A stretch of DNA of 64,000 nucleotides from the NCBI GenBank assembly GCA_965279075.1, contig CBDIHI010000009.1, positions 2,863 to 66,862 on the forward strand, in the 5' to 3' direction. This DNA is from Burkholderiales bacterium. GTDB taxonomy: Bacteria; Pseudomonadota; Gammaproteobacteria; Burkholderiales; SG8-39. The position numbers were made by a program, and so were the translations under genes. Of this stretch, positions 57,630-64,000 are shown in pieces. Each line of letters starts with the position of its first letter. Position 1 is the stretch's first letter. Below the pieces are notes generated by a model. The model was given only the letters and a program-made list of their open reading frames with translations, ran no database searches and was not told where the DNA came from.

Positions 57630-59366
57630 GTGAGTGAAGCCCAGCTCATGGAGCGACCGCGGCGCTGGGACGCCCCGTTCGACCGGGACATGTCCGACGC
57701 AGTCGTCGACATGCTGCTCGGCCGGCCCGAGTTTGCTTCGATAGATTCGGGACGCTTCCCGGCGGCGGCGCCTTTGCGCGGCATCCTGCAGAACGACTGC
57801 CGGATCGTCACCTACGCACCGGGCGACATCGTCGTCCGCGAAGGCGACTACGGAAACTCCGCGTTCCTCGTCCTGTCCGGCGCCCTGCGGGTCGTGCTCC
57901 CCCCCGGCCTGCCCCGCCAGGTGCTCGGCCGGGCGGCCGACAGGAAGCGCGACGCCTTCAGCGTGCTGCGCGACATGCTTACCCACTCCAGGATCCCGGA
58001 GGTACGCGACACGAGCCTCCACCGCGCGGCGGCGGCCGTCCACGTGGGCGGCGCCGGGGAGCCGAGGGACTCCTTGCTGCGCGTGCGCGACGCCGCCAGC
58101 CTGTTCGGGCCGGGCGTCGATCCGGCCGCCGACCCGTCCCGCATCCCCCCTCTCGCCGAAACCTTCAAGACCGGGCTGTTGCCGGCCGGCACGCTGTTCG
58201 GCGAAGTGGCGGCGCTCGGGCGCGTGCAGCGCTCGGCGACCGTCTACGCCGAATCCGGTTGCAGCGTGCTCGAGATGCGCTGGCAGGCGCTGCGCGACAT
58301 CAAGAACCGCGACGACACGTGGCGCGACCGCATCGAGCAGGGCTACCGCCAGAACCAGCTGCGCACGCACCTCGCCGAACACCCCCTCCTCGCCGGGATC
58401 GACGCGAAGACCCTGCAGACGATCGCCGACCGCACGCTGTTCGAGACCTACGGCTCGTTCGAATGGAACGTCGGCTTCAAGAGCGGCCGGCGCGACGAGC
58501 GCCCCGCGCCCGAGTCGGAGCCCGCGGTGGCCAGGGAAGGCGACTACCCCGACGGGCTGCTGCTCGTGATCGGCGGCTTCGGCCGGGTGTCGAGCGGCCT
58601 CGGCCACGGCGCACGCACACTGACCTACCTGCGCGAAGGCGACCACTTCGGGCTCGACGAGCTGCTCGAAGCCTGGAAGGCGGGGGCCGACTGCGCCTAC
58701 GAGACCAGCCTGACCGCGCTCGGCTACCTGCACGTGCTGCGCATCCCGTTTTCGGTGCTGGCGGACCTCGTTTTCCCCAAGCTCGCCGCCCCCGCCCGGC
58801 GCCTGATCGACGCGGCCAGCCGGCCGATCGCCGACGACGCCTTCCTCGAGTGGGCGGTCGAGCAGCGCTTCATCAATGGCACGAAGACCATGCTCATTGA
58901 CCTGGAGAAATGCACCCGCTGCGACGACTGCGTGCGCGCCTGCGCGGATACGCACGGCGGCAACCCGAAGTTCATCCGCCACGGCCAGAAGCTGGGCAAC
59001 TGGATGGTCGCGAACGCCTGCATGCAGTGTGTCGACCCGGTGTGCATGATCGGCTGCCCCACCGGCGCGATCCACCGGACGATGGAGGGCGGCGTGGTCG
59101 TGATCAACGACCTCACCTGCATTGGCTGCGGGACCTGCGCCAATGCGTGCCCGTACGACAACATCCGGCTGGTGCCGATCCGCGAGAAGGACGGCCAGCA
59201 GGTGCTCGACCCCGTTTCGCGCGAGGCGATCGTCAAGGCCACCAAGTGCGACCTGTGCGCCTCCCTGCCGAGCGGCCCCTCATGCGAGCGCGCCTGCCCC
59301 CACGACGCCCTGAAGCGCGTGGACATCCAGTCGCTCATCCGGCGCGCCGCGCAGATCGAATCCTGA
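57630..59366 (+). CDS. Two cNMP-binding domains fused to a 4x[4Fe-4S] ferredoxin (NrfC/DmsB-like) domain
   Basis: VREGDYGNS...FGEVAALGRVQRSATV; degenerate second domain; CTRCDDCVRAC, CMQCVDPVCMIGC, CIGCGTCANAC, CDLC...CERAC. Confidence 0.88.
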   Translation: MSEAQLMERPRRWDAPFDRDMSDAVVDMLLGRPEFASIDSGRFPAAAPLRGILQNDCRIVTYAPGDIVVREGDYGNSAFLVLSGALRVVLPPGLPRQVLGRAADRKRDAFSVLRDMLTHSRIPEVRDTSLHRAAAAVHVGGAGEPRDSLLRVRDAASLFGPGVDPAADPSRIPPLAETFKTGLLPAGTLFGEVAALGRVQRSATVYAESGCSVLEMRWQALRDIKNRDDTWRDRIEQGYRQNQLRTHLAEHPLLAGIDAKTLQTIADRTLFETYGSFEWNVGFKSGRRDERPAPESEPAVAREGDYPDGLLLVIGGFGRVSSGLGHGARTLTYLREGDHFGLDELLEAWKAGADCAYETSLTALGYLHVLRIPFSVLADLVFPKLAAPARRLIDAASRPIADDAFLEWAVEQRFINGTKTMLIDLEKCTRCDDCVRACADTHGGNPKFIRHGQKLGNWMVANACMQCVDPVCMIGCPTGAIHRTMEGGVVVINDLTCIGCGTCANACPYDNIRLVPIREKDGQQVLDPVSREAIVKATKCDLCASLPSGPSCERACPHDALKRVDIQSLIRRAAQIES

Positions 59367-59394
59367 GAAAGACCTGAGCGACGCCCCAGCCGAC

Positions 59395-60267
59395 ATGCGT
59401 GAACTCACCATCCTCGCCGGGACCGACCCGGCCGCCGCCCGGCGCGCCGAATTGCGCCGCGCATGGCGGTTGCTCGGGGTCTTCTGGCTCCTCGCCTTCG
59501 TCCTGTGGCTCGCGGTCACCCTGCTTGCCTGGCACGCGGAGCGCAGCCTCGGCAAGGCCTCGGTGATCACGGGCTATGCGCTGTTCGCTGTGATCCTGTC
59601 GCTCGGTTTCTTCAAGGTCAGGAAGCGCCTGCTGGTGCTGCCGCTGGGCACGGTACGCGAATGGATGCTCGGGCACGTGGTGCTCGGCACGCTCAGCGTG
59701 CCGCTCTATTTCCAGCATACCGGCGGCCTGTGGCCCGAAGGCCGCTACGAGCAGGTGATCGCGCTCGCGTTCTATACGGTGACCCTGACGGGAATCGCCG
59801 GCTACGCCCTGCAGCGGCTGCTCCCGAGGCGCCTCGCCGACATCGAGGGCGAGGTCATCTACGAGCGCATACCGGGCGAGATCGCGATGCTGCGCGATGA
59901 AGTCGAGGCGCTGGTCCTCAAGGCGGTGCGGGAGCTCGGCTCCGACACCCTCGGCCGCTACTACGAGGAGTCGCTCGAGTGGTACTTCTGGCGGCCGCGC
60001 TTCCTCATCGGCCACGTGCTCGGCAGCGGGCGCAGCGCGAGCTGGATCCGCGGGCGCATCACCGCCCTGCGGCGCTACCTGAACGAGGGCGAGCGGGCCT
60101 ACCTGCTGCAGATCGAGCAACTCGCGCTGAGGAAGAGCCGGCTCGACGCCCACTACGCCCTGCAGAGCGTGCTCAAGTTCTGGCTGTTCGTCCACGTGCC
60201 CGCCGCCGTCCTGCTGGTGCTGCTCGCCTGCTGGCACCTGCTCGTAGTCAACATTTACGCCCGATGA
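59395..60267 (+). CDS. Integral membrane protein, possible heme b-binding electron-transfer subunit
   Basis: About 5 hydrophobic segments with His in WMLGHV, FQHTG, WLFVHVP and WHLL. Confidence 0.65.
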   Translation: MRELTILAGTDPAAARRAELRRAWRLLGVFWLLAFVLWLAVTLLAWHAERSLGKASVITGYALFAVILSLGFFKVRKRLLVLPLGTVREWMLGHVVLGTLSVPLYFQHTGGLWPEGRYEQVIALAFYTVTLTGIAGYALQRLLPRRLADIEGEVIYERIPGEIAMLRDEVEALVLKAVRELGSDTLGRYYEESLEWYFWRPRFLIGHVLGSGRSASWIRGRITALRRYLNEGERAYLLQIEQLALRKSRLDAHYALQSVLKFWLFVHVPAAVLLVLLACWHLLVVNIYAR

Positions 60268-62102
60268 AAGACCGCGGAAGCTTCGGACACAAGGTCAGCG
60301 CCTACGAGCGGCCGAACCTGCCCTTTCTCTGCGGCCGCAGCGGGATGTGGAAGAAGGCTTGCTGGCAGGGCCCGGGCGTCGGCGGCCAGTGCGGCGGCCA
60401 GTCCGAATGCTCGCCGGCGCGGATCGGTGACCGCTGGGAATGCCGGCGGCCCAAGCGCGCCGGCGGCACCTGCGCCGAAGGCCCGATGCCGGACGGGACC
60501 TGCGGGCACTGCCAGGCGCCGTGCGCCCCCCGCCGCAACATCCGTACGCTGCGGGCGCATTTCTCCGTGGTGGCGGTACTGGCGCTGCTGGTGATGCTCA
60601 TCATCGGCGTGGACCCGCGGGAGAAAGCGGCAGTCGGCAGCGCGGCCCTCGACGCTGGCAACCTGACCAGCGTGCATTCGGGATTCACGCGCGAGCAGGG
60701 CTGCGTCGCCTGCCATACCGGGCACGCCAAGGATGCCGGCAGCTGGCTGCTGGCGGCGTTTCGCACCAACGACCCCAGCACGGGCTGCATCGGGTGCCAT
60801 GACTTCAGCGGCCCGGTGATGAAGGCGCACAACCAGGAGCACCCGAAGCGCCCGGGTCTCGCGGAGGTTTCCTGCGCGAGCTGCCACACCGAACACAAGG
60901 GCGCCGCCTTCAAGATCGCCGAGGTGCCGGACTACGCCTGCGCCAACTGCCACGAAAAATCCTTCGACAGTTTCGTATCAGGGCATCCCGCGTTCCCGGC
61001 GGGCTACCCCTATACGCGCCCGGGCACGATCTACTTCGACCACGCCAAGCACCTGAAGGACTACTTCGTCGACCCGAAGCGCACCAAGGGCCCGGACCGC
61101 GACGCGAAATTCGCCGCGGCCGCGCGCACGAAGTGCACCGTCTGCCACTCGATCGAGGGCGCCACCCGCGAGGTCAAGCCCAAGCCTTACGCGGAGATCT
61201 GCGCCGGCTGCCATTCGGGGCAGATAACGAAGCGCGAACTCGTGCTCTTCGAGCCGGAGAAAGTCACCGCTGCGGCCTCGATGCTGCTCGGGCTCGACAA
61301 GGACGGCGACGAGGCCGAAACGAAGCAGCGCCTGGCGAAACTGTGGGGCTCGATGGCGCGCTCGGGCGCGGAGGCGCTCGCCGAATTCGTCCCCCCGCCG
61401 GCCGTCGATGCCGTGGGCATGAAACAGCCCGCGGACGCGCTCTATGCCGGGTTGGGAGGGCAGGTTGTGCGCGAGGCCGGCGCGGCCTGGGCCGCCGGGC
61501 GCAGCGTGGCCGCGGTCGGCGCGAAGGCAGAGGCGCCCGGCTGGGCGGCGGGCGAGAACTCCGAAGGCAACCCGGCGCTCTTCTACCGCGCCGCCGGCCA
61601 CGCGGATCCGGTCATGAAGGCGTGGATCGAGTCCCTGCGCGTCGCGGTACAGGACAAGGACGGCGCCAAACGGGCCCGCGCCAAGGAGGCGATGAACGAT
61701 TTCCTCGACAGCCAGACGGGCCCGGGCGCCTGCGGCAAGTGCCACTCGGCGGCGCTGCGCACGAACCAGCCGGGCCGCGGCGCGGCGTGGGGCTACACGG
61801 GGCCGGACACCCGTCCGCTGAACCGTTACACGCATGCCAAGCACCTCGGCCTGGTCGATCCCGACGCGGGCTGCACCACCTGCCACGAAATGAACGCGCA
61901 ATCGAAGTACCCGAAGTACTTCACCTCGAAGGCATCGGCCAAGGTGGACTACGAGAGCAACTTTTCCGGGATCCGCAAGGAAACCTGTGTTGAGTGCCAT
62001 AGAGAGGGTCAGGTAAACTCCGCGTGTCAGGTGTGCCACACGTACCACTTGCCTCACCGGTTCAACCTGGGCTTCAGACAGAAGGGGGGAGTAACAAAAT
62101 GA
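60264..62102 (+). CDS. Membrane-anchored decaheme cytochrome c with a Cys-rich N-terminal domain
   Basis: ATGA overlap. Ten CxxCH motifs (CVACH, CIGCH, CASCH, CANCH, CTVCH, CAGCH, CGKCH, CTTCH, CVECH, CQVCH) follow one TM helix; nine non-heme Cys precede it. Confidence 0.88.
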   Translation: MKDRGSFGHKVSAYERPNLPFLCGRSGMWKKACWQGPGVGGQCGGQSECSPARIGDRWECRRPKRAGGTCAEGPMPDGTCGHCQAPCAPRRNIRTLRAHFSVVAVLALLVMLIIGVDPREKAAVGSAALDAGNLTSVHSGFTREQGCVACHTGHAKDAGSWLLAAFRTNDPSTGCIGCHDFSGPVMKAHNQEHPKRPGLAEVSCASCHTEHKGAAFKIAEVPDYACANCHEKSFDSFVSGHPAFPAGYPYTRPGTIYFDHAKHLKDYFVDPKRTKGPDRDAKFAAAARTKCTVCHSIEGATREVKPKPYAEICAGCHSGQITKRELVLFEPEKVTAAASMLLGLDKDGDEAETKQRLAKLWGSMARSGAEALAEFVPPPAVDAVGMKQPADALYAGLGGQVVREAGAAWAAGRSVAAVGAKAEAPGWAAGENSEGNPALFYRAAGHADPVMKAWIESLRVAVQDKDGAKRARAKEAMNDFLDSQTGPGACGKCHSAALRTNQPGRGAAWGYTGPDTRPLNRYTHAKHLGLVDPDAGCTTCHEMNAQSKYPKYFTSKASAKVDYESNFSGIRKETCVECHREGQVNSACQVCHTYHLPHRFNLGFRQKGGVTK

Positions 62103-63907
62103 ATACGCTCAAGAAGGCGCGACCGGGACTGGGTGCGCTCCTCAAGGCCACCCTCCTGCAAGGGCTCGCCATGGCCTTGTGCCTGGCCTTCGCCTATCCC
62201 GGCGACGCCGGCGCGCAGAGAAAGCCTCGCGCCGCCGCGCCGGCCGCCGCCGAGGGCACCGACCCCCACGCCAAGGTGATGGAGGACGACAAGTACCCCA
62301 GCGCGAGCAAGTGCAAGACCTGCCACGCGCAGATCTACGACGAGTGGCGCAGTTCCAACCACGCGTACGCCGGCATCTCGCCGATGTTCCACAAGTTCGA
62401 GCAGAGGATCACCGAACTGGCGCCCACCATCGGCTCGTTCTGCGTGCGCTGCCACATGAGCGTGGGCACCGCGCAGGGCGAGGACCGCGCGCTGCCGCTC
62501 TGGAAGCGCAGCCAGGTCTCGCGTGAGGGCGTCACCTGCATCAGTTGCCACCGCGTCAAGGAGGAGTACTCCAAGGCCAACGGCGAGCGGCGCATCGAGC
62601 CGGGCTCGATCCACGACCCGGTCTATGGCCCGTTCGACGGCGACGGCGTCGCCGAAGTGGTGAAGAACCCCGGCAAGTACCGTGTCGCGACCAACAGCGA
62701 GGCGCGCGGCACCAGGATCCACAACAGCGCGGTCAAGTTCGAGCAGATCTCAACCTCCGAGTTCTGCGTGTCCTGCCACCAGGTGGCGGTGAACGTCGGC
62801 ATCAAGCTCGAGGTGGTGTGGGACCAGTACCGCTCCTCGCCCGCGCGCGAGCAGGGCATCACCTGCCAGGATTGCCACATGGGCAAGACGCCGGGCAAGG
62901 CGGACGGCTACGCCACCGGCCCGGTCGCGAGGATGGGCAAGGAGACCGTCAACACCACCCGCAAGCACGCCAACCACGCGTTCTACGGCCCCGGCTACCC
63001 GATCGCCCACCCGGGCGTGTTCCCGCACAACGAGAACGCCGAGAAGTGGGGCATGGAGGACTGGCTGAAGTTCGACTACCGCGCCAAGTGGGGCAGCGAG
63101 GAGTTCGAGACCGCCCTGAAGGCCGGCAAGCTGCGGGCCACCTTCCCGAAGGCGTGGTCCGACGCCGCCGACCGGGCGAGCGCCTGGGAAGTGGTGCAGG
63201 AGAACCTCGAGGCCATCGAGAAGAAGAAGGTGCAGAGAAAGCAGGTCATGGAGAACGGCTCGCGCATCGACGGACCCTTTTTCGTGTCGGACCTCAAGGC
63301 CGGCGAACCGCTCAGGTTCTCCTACAAGATCACGAACACGGACCCCGGCCACAACCTGCCCTCCGGTTCGCTCGGCGCGCAGCCGGAGATCTGGCTGAAC
63401 GTGGCCCTGATCGGGCCCGACGGCAAGCGCGTGTGGGAGAGCGGGTACCTGGACTCCAACGGCGACATGGCGGACCTGCATTCGCTCGACGTGCGCGCCG
63501 GCAAGGTTCCGCACGACGATCAGCTGTTCAACCTGCAGACCAAGTTCCTGACCACCAACGTGAAGGGCACCGAGCGCGAGATGTACCTGCCGGTCAACTT
63601 CGACGTGGACCAGCTGCCGATGCTGCGCCCGGCCGCCCAGCCCGTGACGGTGATGAACCACCCGCCGGGCGTGCGCATGGAGCAGCGGTCCATCCCCCCG
63701 CTCGGCAGCAAGGTGGCGCAGTACAAGGTGCCGGCGGGGCTGGTCGCGGCACCGGGCAAGTACCGGCTCGCGGTGCGCATGCGCAGCCGCGCCGAGCCCA
63801 TCTACTTCATGCGGTTCGTGGGCGCCACCAGCGACATGGAACGCTCGATGAACGAGTGGATGCTCGACATCCATCCCTACAGCGTCGAGTTCGAGGTGAA
63901 GAAATGA
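62099..63907 (+). CDS. Pentaheme cytochrome c (c554-like N-terminus) with a C-terminal beta-rich domain
   Basis: Signal/anchor peptide; CKTCH, CVRCH, CISCH, CVSCH, CQDCH; GHNLPSG motif. Confidence 0.88.
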   Translation: MNTLKKARPGLGALLKATLLQGLAMALCLAFAYPGDAGAQRKPRAAAPAAAEGTDPHAKVMEDDKYPSASKCKTCHAQIYDEWRSSNHAYAGISPMFHKFEQRITELAPTIGSFCVRCHMSVGTAQGEDRALPLWKRSQVSREGVTCISCHRVKEEYSKANGERRIEPGSIHDPVYGPFDGDGVAEVVKNPGKYRVATNSEARGTRIHNSAVKFEQISTSEFCVSCHQVAVNVGIKLEVVWDQYRSSPAREQGITCQDCHMGKTPGKADGYATGPVARMGKETVNTTRKHANHAFYGPGYPIAHPGVFPHNENAEKWGMEDWLKFDYRAKWGSEEFETALKAGKLRATFPKAWSDAADRASAWEVVQENLEAIEKKKVQRKQVMENGSRIDGPFFVSDLKAGEPLRFSYKITNTDPGHNLPSGSLGAQPEIWLNVALIGPDGKRVWESGYLDSNGDMADLHSLDVRAGKVPHDDQLFNLQTKFLTTNVKGTEREMYLPVNFDVDQLPMLRPAAQPVTVMNHPPGVRMEQRSIPPLGSKVAQYKVPAGLVAAPGKYRLAVRMRSRAEPIYFMRFVGATSDMERSMNEWMLDIHPYSVEFEVKK

Positions 63908-64000
63908 GCCCCCGCCTGCAGGCCCGCCGAGGCATCCCGCTGGCATGGCGCAGCCTGTGCGCCGCCACGCTCCTCGCCCTGGGGATCGGCACCCCGGCCG
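63904..64000 (+). CDS. Start of a further exported protein of the operon (partial)
   Basis: ATGA overlap; MSPRLQARRGIPLAWRSLCAATLLALGIGTPA looks like a signal peptide. Confidence 0.6.
   Translation, partial: MSPRLQARRGIPLAWRSLCAATLLALGIGTPA

Overview
GC-rich bacterial window, most likely from a Betaproteobacterium (inferred from gene content). Left part (1-15 kb): an acyl-CoA synthetase/Liv-type ABC transporter locus with a divergent Crp/Fnr regulator, an orphan WzxE-like flippase, a Liv-type ABC operon with two tandem binding proteins and two tandem CnbZ-like deaminases, an FAD oxidoreductase, an ornithine cyclodeaminase-family gene and a RAYT-type transposase. Middle (15-35 kb): a Ser/Thr kinase, a FimV-like LysM/Sel1 protein and an adenylate cyclase-FHA protein lie downstream of a two-partner secretion pair. 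Its 4482-aa HMW1-type TpsA carries about 50 exactly phased 198-bp (66-aa) Ser/Thr-rich repeats with higher-order structure. Right part (35-64 kb): a split, convergent cytochrome c maturation cluster (ccmABCD on +, ccmEFGHI on -) encloses a tandem array of seven TMTC-like (GT-C fold + TPR) putative protein O-glycosyltransferases, one of them frameshifted. A divergent operon follows with three multiheme cytochromes c, a cNMP-binding/4x[4Fe-4S] protein and a His-bearing membrane protein. The best candidates for undescribed systems are (i) the mosaic TMTC array next to a giant Ser/Thr-repeat adhesin and cotranscribed with ccm genes, and (ii) a possible cyclic-nucleotide-gated transmembrane electron conduit. 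All calls come from motif recognition by eye; no database searches were run.
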